Shown: in pieces, positions 45,688-55,305 of the stretch
How the letters are laid out: each line of letters opens with the position of its first letter
Numbering within the stretch: the first letter of the stretch is position 1
Assembly: GCA_963775425.1 (NCBI GenBank)
Contig: CAVZJB010000018.1
Coordinates: 1-64,000, forward strand
Source: an uncultured delta proteobacterium
Lineage (GTDB): Bacteria > Myxococcota > UBA727 > VGSZ01
Length of the DNA: 64,000 nt
Reading direction: 5' to 3'
Translations under genes and position numbers: made by a program
Notes under the pieces: generated by a model
What the model saw: the letters and a program-made list of their open reading frames with translations, nothing else
Told to the model about the DNA's origin: nothing
The model's database searches: none

Positions 45688-46941
45688 TCAGGGTTGGACG
45701 GCGATGGGGGTGGGGATGTTGGCGGCGCCGGCGCCGAGGTCGACGCTGTCCACGTCGCTGCCGTCGGTGCGGAAGAGGTGCACGTTTCCTGTCTGGTTGG
45801 TGGCGGCGGCGAGGACGAGGCCGGCCTCGGCGCCGCGCGCGATCATGTCCATCTGCTCGGCGAGGCCGACGCCGGAGACGCTCTGCCCCTCGACGAGGGT
45901 GCCTGCGCTCACGTCGAAGATCGCCACGCGGTTCTCCTCGTACTGGCTCACCAGCAGGGTGTTGCCGTCGGGCGAGAACATCGCCTCGCTGGCCGCGTTG
46001 TAGCCGTGGACGCGGTCGAGCTCGGCCACGGTCTCGGCGGCGCCGTCGACGGCGAGGAGCACGATGTCGCCGCTCTCGCTCGACGCCAGTGAGTTGTCGG
46101 GCACGGCCGCGAGCGTGCCGTCGGGGCTGGCGCCGATGCGGGTGGCGCCGACGAAGTCCGAAAAGACGTCGAAGGCGTTTTGCTCGTGGACCACGCCGCC
46201 GTCGAGGCCGAGCAGGCGGATGTCGTTTTCGTCGACGGGGTCGAACACCGCCTGGCCGCCGAGGAGCAGCGCGCGGCTGCCCGGGAGGAGCGCGAGGCTG
46301 TCGGCGAGGCGGACGCCGTAGAAGGCGCCGGTGTCCTCGCTCAGGGAGCCGTCGCAGCCGATGTCGACGACGTGGACGCCGTCGTCGGTGGTGACGTTCA
46401 AGCCGGCGACGTAGGCGCGGCGGCCGGTCGCGTCGATGCGCAGGTCGCCGTAGTCGGCGGCGTGCAGGTCGATCTCGTCGACGACGCTGACGTCCCCGGC
46501 GTTCTTCACCTGCACGCTCGCGAGGTGCCCGTCGGCGCCGAGGACGAGCGCGAGCGCGCCCGAGGGCACGAAGGCGATGCGCGCGGGGGCCTGGTGGACG
46601 TCGAGGCGGACGCCGTCGTCGCTGAGGGTCTCGCCGTCGAGGGTGAGCGAGCGGATCTCGGTGCCCGGCGTGCTCGGGTCCTCGGTGAAGGTGTGGCCGA
46701 CGAGGACCACCCGCGCCTTGTCGGGGTCGCCGGCGTCGGCGAGGTCGCAGCCCTCGCCCTCGCCCTCGCCCTCGCCCTCGCCCTCGCCCTCGCCCTCACC
46801 CTCGCCCTCGCCCTCGCCCTCGCCTTCGCCCCCGGCCGCGGGCGGGGGGCAGCCCGCGCCCAGGAGCCCGAGCAGCCCGAAGAGCGCCAGGGCGCCCAGG
46901 GCGGGGACGGCTTCGTGGAAGGCGGGGCGCGGGCTCGGCAT
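45688..46941 (-). CDS. Beta-propeller lipoprotein with (GE)13 linker
   Basis: Lipobox LGAGC, GE repeat at 46753-46830, SPDG-type blade repeats. Confidence 0.78.
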   Translation of the reverse strand: MPSPRPAFHEAVPALGALALFGLLGLLGAGCPPPAAGGEGEGEGEGEGEGEGEGEGEGEGEGEGCDLADAGDPDKARVVLVGHTFTEDPSTPGTEIRSLTLDGETLSDDGVRLDVHQAPARIAFVPSGALALVLGADGHLASVQVKNAGDVSVVDEIDLHAADYGDLRIDATGRRAYVAGLNVTTDDGVHVVDIGCDGSLSEDTGAFYGVRLADSLALLPGSRALLLGGQAVFDPVDENDIRLLGLDGGVVHEQNAFDVFSDFVGATRIGASPDGTLAAVPDNSLASSESGDIVLLAVDGAAETVAELDRVHGYNAASEAMFSPDGNTLLVSQYEENRVAIFDVSAGTLVEGQSVSGVGLAEQMDMIARGAEAGLVLAAATNQTGNVHLFRTDGSDVDSVDLGAGAANIPTPIAVQP

Positions 46942-46986
46942 CGTGGGCCGCATTCGCACGCGATGCCGCCCGTCGCAAATCCGGGC

Positions 46987-47041
46987 TTGACGCGGCGCCG
47001 CGGCCGGCCCTATGCTGGAGTTGAGAAGCATTCTCATTATC
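46987..47041 (+). promoter_or_regulatory. Sigma70-like promoter followed by a Fur-box-like operator
   Basis: TTGACG (46987)-18 bp-TATGCT (47011), then palindrome TGAGAA-GCA-TTCTCA (47022-47036) plus TTATC; an AT-rich patch in GC-rich DNA. Confidence 0.72.
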
Positions 47042-47066
47042 AGAACAATGCGGAATCGAGGCGGCG

Positions 47067-47861
47067 ATGCGGGCAACGGTGGCGGCGGCGGTGATCGCGG
47101 TGTTGGCGGGGGCGGGGGCGACGCGGGCGAGCGAGCGGCACTTCACCTATGTGCAGGAGAGCAACGTGCTGAGCCCCGGCTTGCTCGAGCTCGAGCCCTG
47201 GGTGACCGTTCGTCTCGGCCGCGAGGGCTTCTACTCGGAGTTCGATCACCGCATCGAGCTCGAGGCCGGCATCGTCGACAACGTGCAGGCCTCGCTCTAC
47301 CTGAACGTCGCCGGGGTCGCCGAGGACATCGGCGTGAAGCGCGCGCTGAGCACGGTGTGGCAGGGCATCTCCGGCGAGGTGAAGTGGAAGCTGATGGACG
47401 CCACCGCCGACGCGTTCGGGCTCGCGCTGTACTTCGAGCCGTCGATCGGGCCGGCGTCGGCGGAGCTCGAGGGCAAGGTCATCGTCGACAAGCGCTTCGG
47501 CGACTTCCTCGCGGCGGCCAACCTCGTGCTCGCCCACGAGTGGGAGTGGGACCACGCCGACGCGCTCGAAAACGAGAGCGAGATCGAGGCCGTCGGCGGC
47601 CTCACCTACTTCATCGTCCCCGAGGTCTCGGCGGGGCTCGAGCTGCGCGACCTCAACGAGATCGAGTGGAAGAGCGACGGGCCCGAGGTGCTGTCGACAA
47701 TCTTCGCCGGCCCGGTGGTGACGTGGATGGGCCCGCGCTTGTGGATCTCAGCCACGCTGTTGCCGCAGATCGCCGCGCCGCTCGGGGCGACGTCGGGCGC
47801 GCAGAACCTCGAGGACCACGAGCGCTTCGAGGGCCGCCTCGTGTTCGGGCTGCACCTGTGA
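47067..47861 (+). CDS. Putative outer-membrane beta-barrel (DUF6662-like)
   Basis: Signal peptide, ERHFTY...ELEPWVT, alternating beta-strand pattern, ELEGKVIVDK. Confidence 0.7.
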   Translation: MRATVAAAVIAVLAGAGATRASERHFTYVQESNVLSPGLLELEPWVTVRLGREGFYSEFDHRIELEAGIVDNVQASLYLNVAGVAEDIGVKRALSTVWQGISGEVKWKLMDATADAFGLALYFEPSIGPASAELEGKVIVDKRFGDFLAAANLVLAHEWEWDHADALENESEIEAVGGLTYFIVPEVSAGLELRDLNEIEWKSDGPEVLSTIFAGPVVTWMGPRLWISATLLPQIAAPLGATSGAQNLEDHERFEGRLVFGLHL

Positions 47862-48169
47862 GGACCGCGCTCGCCGCCGTGCTCCTCGCCGCCGCCGCCG
47901 GTTGCGCCGGCGCCCTCGTCGTCCCCGACGACGCCGACGTCGGCGCCCTGCGCGCGCGCTTCCCCGGCACCACGCTCGCCGACCTCCAACGCGGCCGCAC
48001 GCTTTACGTCTCCCGCTGCGCCGCGTGCCACCACCTGCACCTCCCGGCCGAGCGCGCGCCCGACGCGTGGCCGCGCATCGTCGAAAAGATGGCGCCCGAC
48101 GCGAACCTCTCCGGCACCGACCTCGACGTCGTCGAGCGCTACCTCATGGCCGCTTCCGCGCGCCGCTGA
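47858..48169 (+). CDS. Small monoheme cytochrome c lipoprotein
   Basis: Lipobox AAGC, CAACH, W...V.KM; GTGA overlap with the upstream gene. Confidence 0.82.
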   Translation: MRTALAAVLLAAAAGCAGALVVPDDADVGALRARFPGTTLADLQRGRTLYVSRCAACHHLHLPAERAPDAWPRIVEKMAPDANLSGTDLDVVERYLMAASARR

Positions 48170-48189
48170 CCCCTGCGAGCGCGGGTTGC

Positions 48190-48963
48190 TCAAGGCGGCG
48201 CCCCGCCCGGCGCGATCACGGGGACGCTCCGGCCGCGCCACCAGGTCCGCGCCGCCACCGCGCCGAGCGCGACGAGGCCCGCGGCGCACGCGACGACGAC
48301 GACGTCACCGGCGGAGGTGGTGGCGGCGGGCGCGCCCGAGACGCGGGCGCGCACGGCGCCCGCGATCAACAACACGGCGCCGAACGCGAAGCCGGCGATG
48401 CTGCTCCAGCGCACGCCGCGCTCGCGCTCCTTCTGGCCGTAGGGGTCGTGCGTCTTGCGGTTGAGCACGCCGGCGAGGCTCGCGAAGGCCTGCGCCATCA
48501 ACGCCACGGCGACGGTGGCGCCGGCGACGCCGAGGTCCGCGCCGACGAAGGCCACCGCCTCGAGGTGCGGCGGCGGCGCGAGCAGCGCGGCCACCCGCGT
48601 GTCGGCGCAGGCGCGCTCGACGAGGACGACGCCGCACGGCCACGCGAGGTGCCCGGCGCGCGGCAGCCACGTGAGGACGAAGCGGTCGACGAGGAGCGCG
48701 GGCACGAGCGCGGCCGCGGCGACGAGGCCGAGCGTGGCGGCGTCGGAGCCCGACGCGCCCCAGAAGGCGACCGCGCGCCCGGCGGCGCCCGCGACGACGG
48801 TGACGGCGAGGCCCAGCGGCAGCGGCAACGAGCGCATCGCCACCAGCGCAGGGACCGCCCAGAGCACGGCCGACCACGACAGGGGCCACGAGCCGCCGGC
48901 GGTGGCGGCGAGGACGAAGCCGCTCGTCGTCAGGGCCAGGGCCAGGCGCACCGTGGAGGTCAC
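48190..48963 (-). CDS. Hypothetical multi-pass membrane protein (weakly Lnt N-terminal-like)
   Basis: About seven hydrophobic segments; WP...LVE and A.LGV.G patterns. Confidence 0.55.
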   Translation of the reverse strand: MTSTVRLALALTTSGFVLAATAGGSWPLSWSAVLWAVPALVAMRSLPLPLGLAVTVVAGAAGRAVAFWGASGSDAATLGLVAAAALVPALLVDRFVLTWLPRAGHLAWPCGVVLVERACADTRVAALLAPPPHLEAVAFVGADLGVAGATVAVALMAQAFASLAGVLNRKTHDPYGQKERERGVRWSSIAGFAFGAVLLIAGAVRARVSGAPAATTSAGDVVVVACAAGLVALGAVAARTWWRGRSVPVIAPGGAPP

Positions 48964-49119
48964 GGCCGCAACCTGCGCACGCCGGCGCGGAAGCTCAACC
49001 CCCCTCGCTTTGGCGCCTCATCACGGCGGCCCCGTGCATCGCGCGCGAGCGACGGACGGCGATGGACGGCGGACGAGAAACCCCTTGCCTGCGGCGGCGG
49101 CGTGGCGTCAGCTCACGCG

Positions 49120-50604
49120 ATGAACGACTACGCAGACGTCGACGCCACCACCCTCGCCGAGCGCGTGCGCGCGGGCGATGTCACGCCGGCCGAGCTCGTC
49201 GACGACGCCATCGCCGCCGTCGACAAGGTGAACCCGGAGCTGAACGGGCTCATCCACAAGATGTTCGACAAGGCGCGCGCGCAGGCCAGGGGCGCGCTGC
49301 CCGACGGGCCCTTTCGCGGCGTGCCGTTCGTCGTCAAGGACCTCGACGGCTTCCTCGCGGACGAGCCCTATACGCAGGCCTGCCGGATGTCCGCCCGCTT
49401 CGTGCCCGACCACGACGCCGAGGTCATCGCGCGCATGAAGAGGACGGGCGTCGTCATCATCGGCAAGACCAACTGCCCCGAGCTCGGCCTGCTCGGCGTC
49501 ACCGAGCCCGAGCTGTGGGGCCCGACGAAGAACCCGTGGAACACCGGGCGCACGCCCGGCGGCTCGTCGGGCGGGACGGCGGCGATGGTGGCGGCGCGCG
49601 TGGTGCCCATGGGCCACGGCGGCGACGGCGGCGGCTCCATCCGCATCCCGTCGTCGGCGTGCGGGCTGTTCGGCTTGAAGCCCACGCGCGGCCGAAACCC
49701 GCTCGGCCCCGACGTCGGCGAGGGGTGGGGCGGCTACGTGCAGCAGGGCGTCTTGACGAGGAGCGTGCGCGACTGCGCCGCCATGCTCGACGCCACGCAG
49801 GGCTACGAGCCGGGCGCGCCGTACGCGGCGCCGCCGCGCGCGCGGCCGTTCGTCGAGGAGGCGAAGACCGCGCCGCGCAAGCTGCGCATCGCGTTTTCGA
49901 CGTCGTCGCTGCTCGGGCGCGAGACGCACCCCGACTGCGTCGCCGCCGTCAAGGACGCGGCGGCGCTGTGCGACAAGCTCGGCCACGAGGTCTTCGAGCG
50001 CGCGCCCGCGCTCGACAAGCAGGCGCTCGTCGCGGCGTACTTCGCGCAGGTCGCGGTGGGCACGGCGGCGGGCATCGACATGACCGCCCGCTGGGTGGGC
50101 AGGAAGCCGTCGCCCGACAGCTTCGAGGCCACCACGTGGCTGCTCGGGCAGATCGGCCGCAAGCTCCCCGCCACCGAGCTGCAGCGGTCGCGCGACGCGT
50201 GCCAGACCGCGGGCTTCGCCGTCGCGCGCTTCTTCGCCGACGGCGTCGACGTATTCTTGAACCCGACGATGGCGCACCCGCCGTCGGCCATCGGCGAATT
50301 GTCCTTGAAGCCGGCGGAGCGGGTGGCGCTCGCGGCGCTGCGCGCGGTGTCGCCCAAGGTCGTCCTCGACAAGCTGCTCGCAGACCTCGGCGCCAACGCC
50401 CTCGAAAAGACGCCCAACACGCAGGTGGCGAACATGGTGGGGACGCCGGCGATGAGCGTGCCGCTGTTCTGGACGGCGGCGGGGCTGCCCATCGGCGCGC
50501 AGTTCATGGCGCCCTTCGGCGACGAGGCCACGCTCCTGCAGTTGGCGGCGCAGCTCGAACAGGAGCGCCCGTGGGCGCACAAGAAGCCGCGGGTGTGCGC
50601 GTGA
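49120..50604 (+). CDS. Amidase-signature family protein
   Basis: GVPFVVKD, GKTN.PE, TPGGSSGG, DGGGSIRIP. Confidence 0.95.
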   Translation: MNDYADVDATTLAERVRAGDVTPAELVDDAIAAVDKVNPELNGLIHKMFDKARAQARGALPDGPFRGVPFVVKDLDGFLADEPYTQACRMSARFVPDHDAEVIARMKRTGVVIIGKTNCPELGLLGVTEPELWGPTKNPWNTGRTPGGSSGGTAAMVAARVVPMGHGGDGGGSIRIPSSACGLFGLKPTRGRNPLGPDVGEGWGGYVQQGVLTRSVRDCAAMLDATQGYEPGAPYAAPPRARPFVEEAKTAPRKLRIAFSTSSLLGRETHPDCVAAVKDAAALCDKLGHEVFERAPALDKQALVAAYFAQVAVGTAAGIDMTARWVGRKPSPDSFEATTWLLGQIGRKLPATELQRSRDACQTAGFAVARFFADGVDVFLNPTMAHPPSAIGELSLKPAERVALAALRAVSPKVVLDKLLADLGANALEKTPNTQVANMVGTPAMSVPLFWTAAGLPIGAQFMAPFGDEATLLQLAAQLEQERPWAHKKPRVCA

Positions 50605-50680
50605 CGGGCGCGTCGTCGACAGCCTCGAGCTGCGGGAGCCGCAGCGCTCCCCCGCAGCGCGCCGCGTGCGGGCGGCGGCG

Positions 50681-51265
50681 GTGACGGGCGGCGACGGGCG
50701 ACTGATCGATCCGCCGCGGCGCATCCCGCTGTGGCTGCGGCCGGGGCTGTGGCTCACCAAGCGCATCACCGGCAAGGATCCGCTGCCGGCGCGCCTGCTG
50801 GCGCACGCGCCCAAGCTCGCCGCCGGCTACGGCGTCTTCGAGCTGCTGGCGGCGCACGCGCCCAAGGACCTCGACGCGCGCTCGCTTGCCGCCGCGCGCA
50901 TCGTGGCCAGCGTCGTCGGCGGCTGTCCCTTCTGCATCGACATGAACGCCGCCACCTGGAAGGAAGCGGGCCTCTCGCCCGACGAGCTCCGCCTGCTCCT
51001 CGACGAGGGCGCCGACACCTCGGGGCTCGGCGCGCGCGAGCACCTCGCGGCGGTGTACGCGCGCGCGCTGTCGCAGACGCCGGTGGTCGTCGACGACGCG
51101 CTGCGGGCGTCGCTCACGTCGACGTTTTCGCCGCGCGAGATCGTGGTGCTCGCCGCCACCGTCGCGCAGGTGAACGCGTGGACGCGCTTCAACCAGGGCC
51201 TCGGCGTGCCCGCCGCCGGCTTCTTCGACGAGAGCGCGTGCCCGGTGCGCCTCCCGGCGCCGTGA
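50681..51265 (+). CDS. Carboxymuconolactone decarboxylase/AhpD family protein
   Basis: GCPFCID.N, FSPREIV.L, NAWTRFN..LG. Confidence 0.85.
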   Translation: MTGGDGRLIDPPRRIPLWLRPGLWLTKRITGKDPLPARLLAHAPKLAAGYGVFELLAAHAPKDLDARSLAAARIVASVVGGCPFCIDMNAATWKEAGLSPDELRLLLDEGADTSGLGAREHLAAVYARALSQTPVVVDDALRASLTSTFSPREIVVLAATVAQVNAWTRFNQGLGVPAAGFFDESACPVRLPAP

Positions 51266-51281
51266 GTGTTATGACGCGGCG

Positions 51282-52553
51282 ATGACGTCGTCGCGCGGCG
51301 AGTGGGGCGCCTTCCTCCCCATCCTCGCCGTGCAGCTCATCGGCGCGCTGGGCTTCTCCATCGCGCTGCCGTTCCTCGTGTACCTCGTCACCGACTTCGG
51401 CGGCGCCCCGTGGACCTACGGCTTGCTCGGCGCCACGTATTCGGCGTTTCAGCTCGTGGGCGCGCCGCTGATGGGTCGCTGGTCCGACCGCGTCGGGCGC
51501 CGCCGTGTGCTGCTGGTGAGCGAGGGCGGCACCGTGGCGGGGTGGCTGTTGTTCCTCGTCGCGCTCGTCCTGCCGCGCACGGAGCTCGCGCACTTCGCCG
51601 GCGCGTCGATCACCTGGCCGCTCATCGTCGTGTTCGCCGCGCGCGCCCTCGACGGGGTCACCGGCGGCAACATCTCGGTGGCGAGCGCGCTCGTCGCCGA
51701 TCTCACCGTCGGCGACGAGCAGAAGCGGCAGCGCGCCTACGGCCGCATGGGCGTCGCCGCGTCGGTGGGCTTCACCGTCGGCCCGGGCATCGCCGCGCTG
51801 CTCGGCGCGCTCGGCTCGGCGTACGTCGCGCCGGTGCTCGCCGCCACCGTCATGTCCGCCGTCGCCGCCGCGCTGTGCCTGACGCTGCGCGATCCGGACA
51901 AGCGCGCCGCGCCCCGCGCGCGGGTGTCGACGAGCGTGCTCCTCCGGCAACGCTCCACCTTCACCGCGCCCGTGCGGCGCATGCTCGCCGGCACGTTCCT
52001 CTTGTTCCTCGCGTTCAACATCTTCTACGCGGTGTTCCCCGTGCACGCGCAGGGCCCGCTCGGCTTCAGCGCAGGCAAGATGGGCGCGTTCTTCACGGTG
52101 TTGTCCGTGGCGCTCGTCGTGGCGGAGGGGCCCGTGCTGACGGCGGCGAGCCGGCGGGTCCGCCCCGGGCGCCTGTTCGCCGGCGGCATGGTGCTGCTCG
52201 CGCTGTCGTTCGTCGCCTTCACGCGCGCGGAGCCGGTGCCGCTGTTCGGCGGCGCCATGTTGTTCGCGCTCGGCAACGGGCTGTCGTGGCCGACCTTCCA
52301 GGCGCGCATCGCCGCCGTGGCCGGCGCCGAGGACCAGGGCACGGTGCAGGGCGCCGCCGGCAGCGCCGGCAGCCTCGCGAGCATCGTCGGGCTCGTCGGC
52401 GGCGGCGTCTTGTACGGCGCCGCCGGCACCTGGCTCTTCGTCGCCGCGGGCGCGCTCTTCCTCGCGCTCGGCGTCGCGTCGCGCGCCTTCTTCCCGCGCG
52501 CGGCGGCGCCCGCGGACGCGTCGACGCAAACAGGCGTGGACGAGCCGGCTTAG
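51282..52553 (+). CDS. MFS transporter (TetA/DHA1-like)
   Basis: GRWSDRVGRRRVL, RALDGVTGGN, GF.VGP; about 12 TM segments. Confidence 0.92.
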   Translation: MTSSRGEWGAFLPILAVQLIGALGFSIALPFLVYLVTDFGGAPWTYGLLGATYSAFQLVGAPLMGRWSDRVGRRRVLLVSEGGTVAGWLLFLVALVLPRTELAHFAGASITWPLIVVFAARALDGVTGGNISVASALVADLTVGDEQKRQRAYGRMGVAASVGFTVGPGIAALLGALGSAYVAPVLAATVMSAVAAALCLTLRDPDKRAAPRARVSTSVLLRQRSTFTAPVRRMLAGTFLLFLAFNIFYAVFPVHAQGPLGFSAGKMGAFFTVLSVALVVAEGPVLTAASRRVRPGRLFAGGMVLLALSFVAFTRAEPVPLFGGAMLFALGNGLSWPTFQARIAAVAGAEDQGTVQGAAGSAGSLASIVGLVGGGVLYGAAGTWLFVAAGALFLALGVASRAFFPRAAAPADASTQTGVDEPA

Positions 52554-52635
52554 AGCGCTCGTGTCGCGCCGCGGGAGCGGGCGGGCCACCCGCCGGCCCA
52601 GGCCGGCGATCGGTGGCTTCTCGTCGAGGATCGAG

Positions 52636-52712
52636 TGGGGCGACCGACGGGGCTCGAACCCGCGACTCCCGGAATCACAATCCAGTGCTCTACCAACTGA
52701 GCTACGGTCGCC
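52636..52712 (-). tRNA. tRNA-His(GTG)
   Basis: GGCGACCGTAGCTCAGTTGGTAGAGCACTGGATTGTGATTCCGGGAGTCGCGGGTTCGAGCCCCGTCGGTCGCCCCA: cloverleaf, G-1 and encoded CCA. Confidence 0.97.
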
Positions 52713-52852
52713 ACAGCTCGACGAGGCCCTTCCTTATCCGGTCGCGTCGCGCGCTCGTCAAGGCATTCCCCGCACACCGGCGCCACACGTGACCCCCGGC
52801 GCAACGGATCTTGCGCGCGGGGGCCAAGCCCGCACGAACCCAAGGAGGGCGC

Positions 52853-53242
52853 ATGCGTTGGCTCGTGCTCATGCTCATGCTCGTCGCCGGCACCGCCGGC
52901 TGCGGCGAAGACCCCAGGCAGGCCGTGGAGGACGCGATAGCGCGTCGACCTCGAGCCGCTCGAGCGCAACGGCCGGTGGCGATCATCGCGCCGTCGACGC
53001 GGGCGCGGGCGCGCGCATTCACGTCGAGGCGCGCGGATCCGAAACGGTTCGACGCCGCGCGTCGTCGTCGTGCTCGAGGGGCGCCGGAGCTCGCTGCGCT
53101 ACGGGCGCACGATGCAGTCCTCGATGAGCGCGAAGAAGACGTCGCCGGCGGCGGGCGCGTCGATGCGCACGTAGCGCCAGCCGACGTGAGCGTTGCAGGA
53201 GCCGCAGTGCGCGTAGATCCACGCGGTGCCCGGGAACCATGA
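52853..53242 (+). CDS. Possible lipoprotein or degraded remnant
   Basis: AAGGAGG RBS and MRWLVLMLMLVAGTAGC lipobox, but the 3' part looks non-coding and overlaps the opposite-strand gene. Confidence 0.35.
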   Translation: MRWLVLMLMLVAGTAGCGEDPRQAVEDAIARRPRAARAQRPVAIIAPSTRARARAFTSRRADPKRFDAARRRRARGAPELAALRAHDAVLDEREEDVAGGGRVDAHVAPADVSVAGAAVRVDPRGAREP

Positions 53243-53467
53243 CGTCTCCGCGTCGGGCACGCCCTCCACGCGGGCCCCGGGGACGTCCCGGAAGCACACG
53301 ACGTGGAAGATGATCCCCGAGGGGTTCATGAACACGTGCGCGTGGCGCCCCGCGACAGCGACCGCCTCTGCCTCGGTGGTCAGGCCATGGCCGCAGCGGG
53401 CGCAGCGCACCGCGGGCTCTGCCTCGTCGACGACGTCGGAGCGGGGGGCGGTCGCGTCGAGCGCCAT
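53099..53467 (-). CDS. Cereblon-like CULT domain protein
   Basis: CARC...H.F.NPSG.IF...SWFPGTAW..AHCGSC..HVGWRY...FFALI. Confidence 0.88.
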   Translation of the reverse strand: MALDATAPRSDVVDEAEPAVRCARCGHGLTTEAEAVAVAGRHAHVFMNPSGIIFHVVCFRDVPGARVEGVPDAETSWFPGTAWIYAHCGSCNAHVGWRYVRIDAPAAGDVFFALIEDCIVRP

Positions 53468-53567
53468 GACGCCACCATCGCGCAGCCGCGCGCTGCCGTC
53501 ACCCGCGGGGACACGGAGCCCGCCGACGCCCCTGGCCCGGTCGCGATCGGCGTGACATGCCGTCGGC

Positions 53568-54494
53568 ATGAGCGCGCCGAACGACAAGAGCGTCCCGTGG
53601 GTGGCGCTCGTGCAGTCGCAGAAGGGACGCAGCAAGCTGCACGCAAAGCTCGCGCGCACCATGATGCGCACCGTCGATCGCTGGCGGCTCGTCGAGCCCG
53701 GCGACCACATCATGGTCGCCGTCTCCGGCGGCAAGGACAGCTACGCCCTCGTGGATTTGTTGTGGGAGGCCCGCAAGCGCGCGCCGTTCTCCTTCGACGT
53801 CACCGCCGTCCACCTCGACCAGGTGCAGCCCGGCTACGACGGCCGCTCCCTCGTCGAGTGGCTGCGCAACGCCGGCGTGCCCTTCGAGATCTTGCGCGAG
53901 GACACCTACTCCATCGTGAAGGAGAAGACACACGAGGGGCAGGCGTACTGCTTCATGTGCGCGCGCCTGCGCCGCGGCATCCTCTACTCGGCGGCGCAGC
54001 GCCTCGGCTGCAACAAGCTCGCGCTCGGGCACCACCGCGACGACGCCCTCGAGACGCTCCTCATGAACCTCTGCTACGCGGGCAAGCTGCAGGCGATGCC
54101 GGCGCGCTACACCACCGACGACGGCGCGCTCGACGTCATCCGCCCCCTCGTCGACGCGGCCGAGGCCGACCTGCGCGCGTTCTCCGCCGAGCGCGGCTAT
54201 CCCATCCTGCCGTGCAACCTGTGCGGCTCCCAGGACGGGCTCAAGCGCGACGCCATGGCCGCGCTGCTGGACTCGCTCGAGGCGCAGATCCCCGATGTCC
54301 GCGCCGTCATGCACCACGCCATCGGCAACGTGCGCCCCACGCACCTGCTCGACCCGGAGGTGCGCGCGGCCTGGGACGCCCGCGATCCCGGCATCCGCCC
54401 CAGCGCGCCGTCGACGACGGGCCCGCGCAAGATGACCGGCGCCGTCGTCGCGTCGTCCTCGCCGCTGCGCATCCTCGACGAGGACGCGGGCTGA
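53568..54494 (+). CDS. ttcA: tRNA 2-thiocytidine(32) synthetase
   Basis: SGGKDS, CFMCARLRRG, LGHHRDD, IRPL, PCNLCGSQ. Confidence 0.95.
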   Translation: MSAPNDKSVPWVALVQSQKGRSKLHAKLARTMMRTVDRWRLVEPGDHIMVAVSGGKDSYALVDLLWEARKRAPFSFDVTAVHLDQVQPGYDGRSLVEWLRNAGVPFEILREDTYSIVKEKTHEGQAYCFMCARLRRGILYSAAQRLGCNKLALGHHRDDALETLLMNLCYAGKLQAMPARYTTDDGALDVIRPLVDAAEADLRAFSAERGYPILPCNLCGSQDGLKRDAMAALLDSLEAQIPDVRAVMHHAIGNVRPTHLLDPEVRAAWDARDPGIRPSAPSTTGPRKMTGAVVASSSPLRILDEDAG

Positions 54495-54533
54495 GCGCGG
54501 CGCGCTTTTCTCGGGCGGGGGCTCAGCCCCGCG

Positions 54534-55253
54534 TCAATAGTTCGGGTCCCAGTCGGACGCCGGCAGGATCTTCCAACCCGAGTCGTAGCTCTTGGTGTGC
54601 ACGCGCAGCACGCGCAGCGGCCACAGGCGCGAGCGCTTGCCGTTCTCCTTCTCCTCGATGGTGAAGCGGTGCAGCTCGAGGGTGTAGTTGCCCTGCTTGC
54701 CGAGCTTCTTCACCTCTTTGCGCCACGGGTTCTCCGGGTGCCAGAACACGTCCTTGTCGATGCGGGCGACGTAGGCGAACAGCGGGTAGTCGTCCTGGAA
54801 CTTCACCGCCTGCGCGCGCGTGGGACCGAGCACCTTGTTGGCCTGCTCCTGCGTGAGCTCGAGGTTCTCGCCCTCCTTCACGACGACCGTGTTGAGGGTC
54901 TCGGCGCCGACCTTGTCGACGAGCCACATGGCCTTCACGGCGCCAGCGATGGGCTTTTCCTCCACGCGGGCGGCGTCGCGCTTGACGATGGTCCAGTTGG
55001 GGATGCTGAAGTCCTGCGCCGTGAGCGTGATGCCGCCGAGGAGGTAGTTGCGCGCGTCGACGGCGCCCTTGCCCTTGCCGGCGAGCGCGTTCAGGTACGC
55101 CTCGGCCACCTTGCGCGGATCGTCGAGCGGCCCGGGGCCGTCGATGACGGCGGCGGCCGGCGGCTCTTTCTTCACTTCCCGGGCGGGCCCGGACTTGGCG
55201 GCCCCGTGGGTGGGGGCCAACAGCGTGACGACGACGAGCGCGGCAACCGACAT
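54534..55253 (-). CDS. Hypothetical exported protein
   Basis: GAGGAG RBS, signal peptide, C-terminal GWKILPASDWDP. Confidence 0.72.
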   Translation of the reverse strand: MSVAALVVVTLLAPTHGAAKSGPAREVKKEPPAAAVIDGPGPLDDPRKVAEAYLNALAGKGKGAVDARNYLLGGITLTAQDFSIPNWTIVKRDAARVEEKPIAGAVKAMWLVDKVGAETLNTVVVKEGENLELTQEQANKVLGPTRAQAVKFQDDYPLFAYVARIDKDVFWHPENPWRKEVKKLGKQGNYTLELHRFTIEEKENGKRSRLWPLRVLRVHTKSYDSGWKILPASDWDPNY

Positions 55254-55305
55254 GAGGTCTCCTCGGGGCTCCTGGGATGGGACTGCCGACGCTACCATGG
55301 CGGCC

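Noticed and set aside
52560-52636. Island integrated at tRNA-His
   Set aside because: No integrase next to it and no duplicate of its 3' end seen in the window; the fragment at 3486 differs in sequence.
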